NCBI GenBank assembly: GCA_002269645.1 | Contig: NIVC01003555.1 | Coordinates: 1 to 64,000, forward strand | Source of the DNA: Macrostomum lignano | Taxonomy: Eukaryota | Direction: 5' to 3' | Length of the DNA stretch: 64,000 nucleotides | In this document: piece after piece, positions 13,701 through 25,202 of the stretch | How positions within the stretch are numbered: the first letter of the stretch is position 1 | Layout of the letters: each line of letters starts with the position of its first letter | The notes under the pieces: model-generated | Seen by the model: only the letters and a program-made list of their open reading frames with translations | Databases searched by the model: none | What the model was told of the DNA's origin: nothing | Position numbers and translations under genes: made by a program

Positions 13701-16700
13701 GTTCCAGGTCAATATCGAACTCCAGGTATGCCAGGAGTCAATACCTAATCCCAGGTATGCCAGGAGTCAATACCTAATCCCAGGTATGCCAGGAGTCAAT
13801 ATGAAATCCCAGGTATGCCAGGGGTCAATATGAAATCCCAGGTATGCCAGGGTCAATATCGAATCCCAGGTATGCCAGGGTCACTATCGAATCCCAGGTA
13901 ATCCAGGAGTCAATATTGAATCCTAGGTATGCCAGGAGTTAATATCGGATCCCAGATGTTCCAGGTCAATATCGAATCCCCGATATGCCAGTTATGCCAG
14001 AAGTCAATATCGAATCCCAGGTATGCCAGGGGTCAATATAAAATGCTAGGTGTTCCAGGTCAATATTAAATCCCAGGTATGCCAGGGTCAATATCGAGTC
14101 CCAGGTGCTCCAGGGGTCAATATCAAATCCCAGGTATGCCAGGGTCAATATCGAATCCTAGGTATGCCAGGGGTCAATATCGAATCCCAGGTATGCCAGG
14201 GGTCAATATTGAATCCCAGGTATGCCAGGGTCAATATCGAATCCCAGGTATGCCAGGGTCAATATCGAATTCCAGGTGCTCCAGGGGTCAATATCAAATC
14301 CCAGGTGTTCCAGGGGTCAATATCGAATCCCAGGTATGCCAGGGGTCAATATCGAATCCCAGGTATGCCATGAGTCAATATCGAATTCCAGGTGCTCCAG
14401 GGGTCAATATCAAATCCCAGGTACTCCAGGGGTCAATATCGAATCCCAGAAATGCCAGGTGTCAAGTTGAAACCCCAGGTATGCTAATCAGCAAAGGATA
14501 AGCTCACCTGCAGAACGTATTTGCCTTCAACCAGCTCGCTAAGCTTCAGGCTAGCTGTATTCCGGTTTTGGAACTGGCCCTTCCTGGGTCCCGAGATCAC
14601 CTTCCACGAGTACGCCAGACGCTTGGCAGCGGCCCCCGTGGGCTCCGGGATGATGGAGGCGTGCAGCTCGATGCTGTTGAGAGGCAGCTCGATGGTGCGG
14701 TTGCTGCCGGCGCTAACAATGAGCTGCTCGCGCTTGCTCGGAGCTGGGCGCGGGAAAAAGGGAAGCGGAGAGGGCGCCAATGCAATTAAACTGCGCGGGT
14801 TTATCCTCAGGTTGATTCACAAGCACGAATTTGAGCATGTGAAATAAAAATAAAATATTCTGGTGTTTCATGGAAAATCCGAGATTATTGATAAAAATCA
14901 TCTCATACCTCAGAGGGTAAATAAACTGGTCAAAAACCACAAAACTTAATTGATATAAACTATTTTTCGTAAATCGCAAATCGAAAAAATGAAATAAAAT
15001 TCAATGCCCAGATTTAAATGCAGTTAATAATAGACTTTTTAAAAAACTCACTTTGTAAACTTGAATCTAAATTATCATTATCTCAATCCCACAATCACAA
15101 TTCCAGATTCCTAATTCCAGATTCCCGCAATCGAAAATCTAGAATACCATTATCCCAACTCCAGAACCTCATTATCCCAACTCCAGAACCTCATTATCCC
15201 AACTCCAGAACCTCATTATCCCAACTCCAGAACCTCATTATCCCAACTCCAGAACCTCATTATCCCAACTCCAGAACCTCATTATCCCAACTCCAGAACC
15301 TCATTATTCCAACCCAGAACCTCATTATCCCAACTCCAGAACCTCATTATCCCAACTCCAGAACCTCATTATCCCTATTCCAGAACCTCATTATCCCTAT
15401 TCCAGAACCTCATTATCCCAACTCCAGAATCTCCTTATCCCAACTGCAGAATGCCAACAATCTCAGTCTAGAGTGCTTCGCCAAACCTTTTTGCGGCAAA
15501 CGATTTGAAATTGATTGACAATACAGAGCCAAAGCACAATAGTGAAGGGCTCCGGTCTGCAGCACAGCAACTCAGCACGGGTATTGTCAAATAATTTGCT
15601 TGGCTAAATTAGGCTACACTAATAAACTGGAGCCACTGTTGCTGGGGGGGATTATAAATGCATTATAGAAGAAGTTCAGAAGCCCAGCTGGAGCAGGTCT
15701 CCCTGGATCAAGAGGATTAAGCTAACTATGGAAAATAGAAACTTAGAGGCAGCTTGAGGGCAGTCTCGCAGGCACGTAAGGAGTACGAGCCATTGTGAAC
15801 TCAATAAAGTAACTCGTATATAACTACTAAGCATATCGATCTGTGCCGAATGAAATGCCCGAAGCCGCTCTGAGCAGGGAAGCGGGAGGGGGAGACCCGG
15901 TTACTTACTAGAGCTGCTCAAAGCTGTCTCTTCTTAATCCCCAGTGGGTAAAAATGATTAGATTAGATTAGCAGAAGGCTAAGGCAGTAAGCATGGCATT
16001 ATGGTGAGCGCCAGGGTGAGAGGGTTAGGCTGGTTGACTTAATCACGTCAAATCACTCAGGTCGAACTCCGAACCTGTGCAGTGCAATTAACAAAAAAAA
16101 AATTCGACAAAATCCAAGAAACAAAGGAAAATTCTAACTGGTTGCTGGCGGCGCGGTGGTGCCGGAGACAGCGGCTGAGTCTGTTGGCTGCTCAGACGAG
16201 TTTGAGCCAGCCGCAGGAGTTGCAGAAGTTGCTGAAGCAACTGTGTCGCCTGTTTCTGCAGAAGCCGACTCGTTGGTTTTGCCTGCCGCTGTTTGAGTTG
16301 TCACGCTATTGGCAGCTGGGCGTGATGTGTGCGTTTGTGAAGTTATTATTAATAACGGGTTATTAGCATTGTTACTTTTAAATAAAATCAAGACAACATT
16401 AAATATTAAGTATTTTAAATATGATAGGCGAGTCACCATGGCATAGCGAAAGCTTAGTTAAAATATGAAGTTATTAACAAAAATAAATGGACTAAATGGT
16501 CAAGTGAAAGCTTATATAGCTACAGCCCGGAACACTGGCTATGCAGTCAGTCACAGTTTTAGACTTATTTGATTTCAAATTTTAACTGTTTGGCAAGCGG
16601 GTTTAATAACATAATCCGTGTCTAAAAATGAAATATGCAATGTTGAACATTCTGGATTTTTAGCAATGCATTCTGTCACCATCCGCTTCTCTTCATGTCA

Positions 16701-18049
16701 CCATCCGCTTCTCTTCATGTCACTATCCGCCCTTCTCCTGTCACTATCCGCTTCTCTTCATGTCACTATCCGCCCTCTTCCTGTCACTATCCGCCCTCTT
16801 CCTGTCACTAACCGCCCTCTTCCTGTCACTATCTGCCCTCTTCCTGTCACTATCCGCCCTCTTCCTATCCCTATCCGCCCCTCTTCCTGTCTCTATCCGC
16901 CCTCTTCCTATCCCTATCCGCCTATTCCTGTCACTATCCGCCCTCTTCCTGTCACTATCCGCCCTCTTCCTGTCACTATCCGCACTCTTCCTATCCCTAT
17001 CCGCCTATTCCTGTCACTATCCGCCCTATTCCTGTCACTATCCGCCCTCTTCCTATCCCTATCCGCCTATTCCTGTCACTATCCGCCCTCTTCCTATCCC
17101 TATCCGCCCCTCTTCCTGTCACTATCCGCCCCTCTTCTTGTCACTATCAGTCACCTTTTCTGTTTCTTAAACCCTCTACCTCTCTATCCCTCTCTTTCCG
17201 CTCTCTGCCCCTTTCTTTCCGCTCTCTACCCCTTTCTTTCCGCTCTCTACCACGCACCCTCCAATCAACAATAAAAAAATCTAGGGAACAGAGCTACGTA
17301 AAGCAATAAACATAAATACTAAAATCTAAACCGCAAGCAAAAGCCTCACCAGTTGTGACAGCAGTAGCAGTGGGCGCCGCTGTTGTAGCAGCAGCCGCGG
17401 TAGTCACGACTAGCGGCGCCGGCTGGCACCCGCTGGAGGACCGCCGGACGAAGCCGCTGCGACATTCGCAGAAGCCCTCGCTGCCGCTGCCGCTATCCGA
17501 GGCGCCGAAGTTGCACTCTTCGCCAGGGCCGCAGTCGCCCAGGGTGCTCATGCTGCAGGATTTCTTAGCCTGGCAGGCTGAGCTCATGCAGTAGTGCCCG
17601 TCGCCGCAGGCGGAGTCGCTGCCGGCGGCGCACACGGAGCGCAGCGGCAGGTAGACGGCCTTGTCGGCATCGGCAGATTTTCGCCGGCGAGGCTGACAGG
17701 CCAGCGCCGATCGGCAGCTGACGATGAAGCACTCGCTCTTGTACAGCAGGGCCGAGTGGCAGGCGGGGTTGGCGCAGCACAGGCTGGCGCAGCCGGGCAA
17801 GTCGCTGATGTTGGCGAATTTCTTGTACACGCCCGCCAGCTTACCGGAGCGCGGGGCGGCCCGCGGCAGGCCGTCCAGCCGGAGCAGCTGCGGCTTCGGC
17901 AGAGCGCAGGCGTCGACGCCATCGCCAGCAATGCCGGCAGCGGAATTTGCCGGCACTTCGACTGCGGTTGCCATGGGAACCACTATTATTGTTGCCGTTG
18001 CTAGGGCAACTGTCAGAGCCAGCAGAGGTCTATTAGATAATAAAGGCAT
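7779..18049 (-). CDS. KIAA0319L: KIAA0319/KIAA0319L (AAVR)-like type I membrane protein, ~1067 aa: signal peptide, MANSC, Cys-rich module, Ser/Thr stalk, 5 PKD domains, EGF-like region, TM, cytoplasmic tail. Exons: 18049-17350, 16315-16139, 14743-14508, 12493-11963, 11355-11182, 10646-10276, 10028-9239, 8003-7779.
   Basis: The MANSC pattern is CASLCCANPACHSALLYKSECFIVSC. Five PKD repeats are present (e.g. LDGSGSVDGDQKIESYHW, LYGNASTDDHGIVSYMW, GDYAFELTVTD, LDASKSWDDKGIVEYKW). CSDRGYCDNSTRQCVCASFWMEN...GESNCDWSVVYV precedes the TM, as in this family. All introns are GT-AG with matching phases. Confidence 0.93.
8130..9200. repeat. ~20-21-bp minisatellite CACAACCGGAAGCACCAAGAA/CCAATAA (KIAA0319L last intron)
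   Basis: Tandem array; source of the spurious long ORFs 8031-9186. Confidence 0.95.
10700..10985. repeat. Degenerate TGTACTTTTGTG-based minisatellite
   Basis: Tandem degenerate units in an intron. Confidence 0.8.
11480..11850. repeat. 22-bp minisatellite GCCGGAAGTTGATGCTTTAAAT
   Basis: Tandem copies, most containing CCGGAAGT. Confidence 0.95.
12545..13065. repeat. 35-bp minisatellite TATAGAGGATTGGCACACAACTGACCGGAAGTGGA
   Basis: ~14 tandem copies, most containing ACCGGAAGTG. Confidence 0.97.
13700..14480. repeat. ~30-bp minisatellite CCAGGTATGCCAGGGGTCAATATCGAATC
   Basis: Tandem array in a KIAA0319L intron. Confidence 0.95.
15150..15450. repeat. 22-bp minisatellite ATTATCCCAACTCCAGAACCTC
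   Basis: Tandem copies. Confidence 0.95.
16660..17240. repeat. 21-bp minisatellite CCGCCCTCTTCCTGTCACTAT
   Basis: Tandem copies in KIAA0319L intron 1. Confidence 0.93.
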
Positions 18050-21000
18050 TGGGCAATCAATCTGCCTGGATGACTGGCTGAAAATGTGTTCGGGTTTTGT
18101 GCATTCAAATTTGATCTCGGTTTGTTTTACTGTTATCATATATTTTACTCAATTTACTGTTCAAACTCTTGGACATATGATTGAAGGAATGCATCTGACA
18201 TACCTTGTGCTGCAAACCAACAATTTAATTCCATGCACAGATACCTTCATTTGCAGTTTGTTGTGATTATTCATGAAAGCCAACCCCCCCCCCTATGTTA
18301 GGGTAACCAAAGGCTTTCACTAAATTATTATAATTATTAAGCCCAAGCCCAAAGAAGACAAAGTGCATATCCACATACATATTTATATACCAGCTATGGG
18401 ATAAATACTCAAATAAATGTATTATTTCATTATCTAAACTAATACCCTTACCTAAAATAAGTCCAATAACTAATACCTAGCTTGCATAAAAATAATTATA
18501 TATAAGTTTAAAATATATTATTCTCTTGACAATATTTATTCCCAATAGACTTTTATACTGTTGCGTATTGAGAGAATATATACAAACTTGCTCATATTAA
18601 TATTGATGTACTATTATCATTTTTCATATTGTCTGTTTGGTAAAGCCACTCTCTTGTCCCCTTCAAGTTTCACTTTTGTCTATGTCCTATCTCTCTGCAG
18701 GCATTCATATATTCTAGAGCATTGCTCCCTTGTTTTGTTTCCCCAAAATATACTTGAACCTTAAGGCAAATCCACAAGAATAAAAGTGCATCAGCATTTC
18801 CCGCTGCTTTAATTCTTTAGAAAGAATCTACATTCTCTTGATAACTTTGCATGAGCCACTTTATATACTAACCATCACATTTAAATCATCTTAAATTTAA
18901 ATATATAATATATGTAATTTTAACAAAAATTATATTTCTATAAAGGCTAAAAGTATCTTAATATAACAAATCCTATATCACATTGTGTTTGACATCATCA
19001 ATATTGCTAAATATATGAGTTAGCCAAGTTCTTAGTCTAAGATTCTATTCTTTAGCCAAAAAATCTTTTAGAATTTAGGATCAACTTAAACAATCTGATT
19101 ATTAAAAGCTTTAAGATTTATAAGACCAAATAATAATAATGATATTATGCTTTAAGCTTAGTGTTTAGAGTGACAAGTCACGCGACTTTTTGTGCCTACC
19201 AAAAATTTTTGCACCTGACTTTTCTTGAGGTTCATATGTAAGTATTTTGCATCTACAATGAGATATAAAAAGCCACCTTATAACCTTATTGAATATTTTC
19301 CTTTCTATATGCTATAAAAACGAAAAAACAAGCACAAAAGAAAATCTGTTTACAGGGCTACTTCTATGCCTAACTTCCAAAAAATTTCTTTTTTTTCTGG
19401 CAAAAAAATTGACTAAACTTTTTGTGCCATTTAGATACAATAATTTGTACCATTGTTACAATTTTTTTGTATTTGCATTTGGCAACATCAGATTTGCACC
19501 TTACTCCAAACACTGCTTAGGCCTTAAAGTTTGTGGCTAGATTTTCTATACTAGGCATTCCCTACTGATTATTTATTATTCCAAAGTATTGAGTAGGTCA
19601 ATGGAATTTTTGCCATTGGAATCCCAGCTAGCTAGGATATTGCCATCACAATAACTAAGTACTTTAACTAAGACATTAAGTCATTGAGCCTATTGAGTCT
19701 ATTAGATTTTAAAAATGCTACGGGTATAACTTGAATACTATGTTGATCAACTCTTTTTTAATTTTTAAATATTATATAATTATCTTTGGACTTTGAAAAT
19801 CAAAAGCTAAAATTTTTTTTTACTTTTGTGTTTGTCATATTTATGCTTCTAATAGCTAAAATTGATTAGTTTGTTAGTAAGTTAAAAACAAAGCCAAAGG
19901 TCTTTATAGTTTTGTCTATTAATGTTATATACCAATTGTTTTTTAGACCCTAGTAGGCCTAAACAAGTTGTTTTGTGCACATTGCATAGCCTATTGAAAA
20001 CCAAAATGTCTTAAAAATTAGAATTAGAATAAAAGAACAAACCGGCCCAATTTTGCTTGATATAGGCCTAATATTGATGATTTGCTTAACTATTAATAAA
20101 TACAATGTTTATAAAATGAAAAAAATAAACAATAAGCCTATTAAGCTATATAAGCCTAGATTTAACAAGCCTTAAATTTCAAAATCTTGCATATAAACCA
20201 GGATTGCAATTTTTTAATTTGTTGCATTGAATTATTTTTGTTTTTTTTTACAAAAAATGTGGTCTTATAAGTTACAATTTTAGGATTCTTGTATGACTAT
20301 ATTTTATTCTTATTAGGGCCTATATTATTCTCCTTTATTTTCACTTCTACATCCCACCTCACTTTAGTTTAGTTTAATAATGCATTTATAAATTCTCTGA
20401 CTCTATTGAGGGAGGGCATTGTATTACAAAAGTGAATATAAAGATTATGCTCTAGTAAGCTACAATTGTAACATTTTTGCAATCATTGCTATATCAATTT
20501 TATTTTTTGACTATTCTCTATTGGGTAGGCCCTATCATATTACAAAATTGATGCAAAATGTTAGATAGGCCTACTATATTATAAAATAAAAAATGCCAAA
20601 ACTGATTAATATATGGGCCTATTTATAATATATAGACATTTAGACTTGGTAAATTTAAGCCTTGATTATGACTATTTATAAGTATAACTATAACTAGGCC
20701 TACTTAAAATTTTGTTTTTTTCATATAAAAAAATTATGGGGGCCTAGGCCCTAATCAAACTTGATGGGGGCACCCTGAGCACCCCCTTTAAATATCCACT
20801 ACTGTCTTTATTTAGCTCTTTAATTAGGCTCTATTCCTTGAAATTGAACTTACACTTCTTTACAGTTATTGTAGTCTTACTATAAAATCAATTTAAATTA
20901 AGCCTAGTTAGGCCTAGTAGTGTTGTAATTCAATGTAACTTTAATTGATAGGCAAGCAACAGCCCATTTTTTGGCAATTGTTCATAGTCAGGACTCAGGA

Positions 21001-21492
21001 TTCAGAAAGAGGAAGGTCACAATAGGTCACAAAGGATATTTGAATCCTGAATAGAATTCCTGAATAGAATCTAGAATGAATAAAATAGAATAGAATAGGG
21101 CCTAGAACAAATAGAATAGAATCATGAATAGAATCATGAATAGAATTTTAAATCAATAATACCATGCAAACACTATGTGGTGGTAATATCATGACATTGA
21201 AATGTAGTTGGGTATGCCCAAAGGAGATTTTGTAGACTATAGCTTCTATTAAATCGACTTTGTTTGCTTCACCATCGGGCATAGACTCCATCAATTAAGC
21301 ACTTGTTTCCAAGAAATTATTTTAGCCTTAAACCAATTTAACACCGGAAAGTTTCAAATTTAAGTTAGATTAGTTAGATTTGGTCGGATGCACATTTTGC
21401 ATAAGCTTTGATACTTTTGATAAAAACTTTGGTAAAAACATTTTTGGTAAGTCGTGGAGCTGCAATTTTTTTCAGTTAAATTTAGGCTGCAG

Positions 21493-21710
21493 AACGGCGA
21501 TACATTACTGTGCCGATCCCTGAAGGCTGGGCAAAGCATGCAGGCCCAATGGGCCCCGCGTCAGTTTTCTAGCTGTTCCTCCCAGGTCTCGGCGTTGTAA
21601 ATCAGGATGGTTTCCGACTACCACCTAGAATAACGCCGTTCTCTGGTGGTCAGGTAGTCAGGTAGGGTCTCAGACTTCAGGCTGCCCTCTCGCATCCAAG
21701 GCAAAGCCTG
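21493..21710 (-). mobile_element. Degraded non-LTR (RTE-like LINE) fragment, region C-terminal to the RT domain
   Basis: The minus frame reads ALPWMREGSLKSETLPDYL...W*SETILIYNAETWEEQLEN*RGAHWACM. This resembles the LL(Y)xAETW motif of RTE-type ORFs and has internal stops. Confidence 0.6.
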
Positions 21711-22255
21711 TGGCAATGCAGCAGATCAAACTGATCGTATAACCGTTGGAAACCAGCTGCAATAATTAATTATGAAGCACCCAGGCCATCAAGCAACACA
21801 ACAAGCATGCAGGAACGGTGCTATTGAGCATGGTATCTTATTAGTCTTGATTAAGAAGCCCAAGAATTGATGCATGGAAAAATTCCGATACATGCTATTC
21901 GGTGCAGTTGGCACAGCACTTTTCTTATCATTGTTACATCGCCATTATGCTTTAGCAAGTTGCACACCCGATGGAGAATTGATGTCCAGCAATTCTATAC
22001 ACGCGGTAATATAGAACTAATTTTGACCCTAACGCTGCTTGCTGCATGGCACCCTTGGTGCTAGAACCCGATGCTCATGGCAACCCTTGGTGCCGGCGCC
22101 CTTGACTATCTGCTTCTGAGAGAGGTGTGCAGCTCCTGCGTTAGTGTAAACATCGGCCAGTTTGTTTCAGCACTCGTTGTTGTAATGTTTCGGTGTTGTT
22201 TCGTCGTGCATACAATGTACATGTACGTGCCATGCTGAGCAGGTCATGACTCTGC

Positions 22256-22410
22256 ATGTATCACGACAGGAGCGCTGCCGTGCTGACACCCGGCCTGACG
22301 CCAGACGGTCTGTCGGATTTCTTTGAGACGTCCATTAGGGTGGCTTCAGCCGGGAGATACCACCATTCGTGTTCCTCCTGGTGCTTGAATTGGTGCTGCA
22401 GACCGCGCTC
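22256..22410 (+). mobile_element. Degraded non-LTR retrotransposon reverse transcriptase fragment
   Basis: YHDRSAAVLT...DFFETS, then after frameshifts LQ-GDT and PFVFLLVLELVLQTAL. This corresponds to the RT motif GVxQGDxLAPFLFxLVLDxVL. The fragment is cut off by a pyrimidine satellite. Confidence 0.7.
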
Positions 22411-24352
22411 TCCCCTTCCCCTTCCGGCCCTTCCCCTCGGCTTAGCTCTCCCTTCCTCCATCTCTTCCTTCCCCCAGCTCTCTTTTCCTCCCAGCTCACC
22501 CCAAGCTTTCCCTTCCTTCCAGCTCTCCCCTAGATCTCCCTTCTCCCAATTTTTCCCTTCACCTAAGCTCTCCCTCCCCCCTGCAGCTCTCCCTTCCCCC
22601 AGCTCTCCCTTCCTTCCAGCTCTCCATTCCCCCAGCTCTCCATTCCCCCAACTCTCCCTTCCTCCAGCTCTCCCTTCCCCCAGCTCTCCATTCCCCCAGC
22701 TCTCCCTTCCTCCAGCTCTCCCTTCCCCCAGCTCTTCATTCCCCCAGCTCTCCCTTCCTCCCAGCTCTCCATTCCCCCAGCTCTCCCTTCCTCCCAGCTC
22801 TCCATTCCCCCAGCTCTCCATTCCCCCCAGCTCTCCCTTCCTCCAGCTCTCCCTTCCCCCAGCTCTCCCTTCCTCCCAGCTCTCCCTTCCCCCAGCTCTC
22901 CATTCCCCCAGCTCTCCATTCCCCCAACTCTCCCTTCCTCCAGCTCTCCCTTCCCCCAGCTCTCCATTCCCCCAGCTCTCCCTTCCTCCAGCTCTCCCTT
23001 CCCCCAGCTCTCCATTCCCCCAGCTCTCCCTTCCTCCCAGCTCTCCATTCCCCCAGCTCTCCCTTCCTCCCAGCTCTCTATTCCCCCAGCTCTCCCTTCC
23101 TCCAGCTCTCCCTTCCCCCAGCTCTCCCTTCCTCCCAGCTCTCCCTTCCCCCAGCTCTCCATTCCCCCAGCTCTCCCTTCCTCCAGCTCTCCCTTCCCCC
23201 AGCTCTCCATTCCCCCAGCTCTCCCTTCCTCCCAGCTCTCCATTCCCCCAGCTCTCCCTTCCCCCAGCTCTCCCTTCCTCCATCTCTCCCTTCCCCCAGC
23301 TCTTCCTTCCCCCAGCTCTCCCTTCCTCCCAGCTCTCCATTCCCCCAGCTCTCCCTTCCTCCAGCTCTCCCTTCCTCCATCTCTCCCTTCCCCAAGCTCT
23401 TCCTTCCCCCAGATATTCATTTCCCCAGCTCTCCCTTCCCCCAGCTCTCCCTTCCCCCAGATCTCCCTTCCCCCCAGCTTTTCCTTCCCGCAGCTCTCCT
23501 TTCCCCCAGCTCTCCATTCCCCCAGCTCTCCATTCCCCCAGCTCTCCATTCCCCCAGCTCTCTATTCCCCAGCTCTCCCTTCCTCCCAGCTCTCCCTTCC
23601 TCCATCTCTCCCTTGCCCCAGCTCTTCCTTCCCCCAGCTCTCCCTTCCTCCCAGCTCTCCATTCCCCCAGCTCTCCCTTCCTCCATCTCTCCCTTCCCCC
23701 AGCTCTTCCTTCCCCCAGCTTTCCCTTCCTCCCAGCTCTCCATTCCCCCAGCTCTCCCTTCCTCCAGCTCTCCCTTCCTCCATCTCTCCCTTCCTCCATC
23801 TCTCCCTTCCTCCATCTCTCCCTTCCCCCAACTCTTCCTTCCCCCAGATCTTCATTTCCCCAGCTCTCCCTTCCCCCAGCTCTCCCTTCCCCAAGATCTC
23901 CCTTCCCCCAGCTCTCCCTTCCTCCATCTCTCCCTTCCTCCATCTCTCCCTTCCCCCAACTCTTCCTTCCCCCAGATCTTCATTTCCCCAGCTCTCCCTT
24001 CCCCCAGCTCTCCCTTCCCCCAGATCTCCCTTTCCCCCAGCTTTTCCTTCCCGCAGCTCTCCATTCCCCCAGCTCTCCATTCCCCCAGCTCTCTATTCCC
24101 CCAGCTCTCCCTTCCTCCCAGCTCTCCCTTCCTCCATCTCTCCCTCCCCCCAGCTCTCCCTTCCTCCATCTCTCCCTTCCCCCAGCTCTTCCTTCCCCCA
24201 GATATTCATTTCCCCAGCTCTCCCTTCCCCCAGCTCTCCCTTCCCCTAGCTCACCCCAAGCCTTCCCTTCCTTCCAGCTCTCCCCTAGATCTCCCTTCTC
24301 CCAATTTTTCCCTTCACCTAAGCTCTCCCTCCCCCTGCAGCTCTCCCTTCCT
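22411..24352. repeat. ~1.95-kb polypyrimidine satellite (CCCAGCTCTCCCTTCC / CCATTCC units)
   Basis: Almost entirely C/T on the + strand; source of the 732-aa and 560-aa spurious ORFs. Confidence 0.97.
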
Positions 24353-24681
24353 CAAATGATTTTTTCGCTGTTCTCACTGTCAGATAAGTTATCACCTAAT
24401 CTGTCAAGACACTTCAAAGTAATGCAACCCGCATATCTTTGCTTGACAAGATAACCGCCCACAGGAGAGCTCTCACGTACTCATAGATCAACGTACATAT
24501 CTAACATATATTTGTTGGGTCCAAGGGTCGATTTGAGTCGCACAAGATCGAGGCACTTATCGACGGCATTTCCAATCAATTTGAAGTTAAGGGATATAAA
24601 ATTAGGGACAACACCGCGTGCCCTTATCTACCTGTCGATTTGATGTGCGAATTTGTCATCCGGTTGCTGCCAGAAGATTTC

Positions 24682-24689
24682 TATAAATA
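24682..24689 (+). promoter_or_regulatory. TATA box of the Cys-rich peptide gene
   Basis: TATAAATA precedes a short leader. It is followed by donor AAG|GTAAAC (24786) and acceptor CCTTCCAG| (25201), two bases before the ATG. Confidence 0.6.
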
Positions 24690-25076
24690 CAGCAACTGCA
24701 TCACGCAAACTATTAACTAAACTAAACAAGCTAAAATACTAAAATATTTTGAAGAAATATACGGCAGCAACGAATAACCAAGAAGGTAAACAGCTGGTGT
24801 GTGTTCATTGCTTATTTGCGTGTTTTTTCGTGTCTTTTTGTCTCTATTTTTCTCTTTGTCCCTCATCTCGGCATTTCCAGCTCTTATTCTCTTTCTGACT
24901 CTCTTTTTATATATATATATACTGGTATATCCAACTCTCTCCTTCACTGTCTATCCACCTTTATCTCAGTAGAACATAATCTCCCTCTATATATTTAAAT
25001 GAATATTTGTCTGTCTCGCCCATTCAATATTACTCTTTTTATCAATCTGGCTCGCATTCGTTCTTCCCCCTATCTT

Positions 25077-25145
<69 letters not shown>

Positions 25146-25202
25146 CCGTCTGTATGTCTGATTTTGCGACTGATGCCAAGCCTGATCCCCAATCCTTCCA
25201 GA

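Noticed and set aside
22256-24454. 732-aa and 560-aa ORFs (and similar ORFs at 5715-6655, 8031-9186, 26122-27240, 45774-48240, 61000-61774)
   Set aside because: These are translations of tandem repeats that lack stop codons by composition; they show no domain signal.
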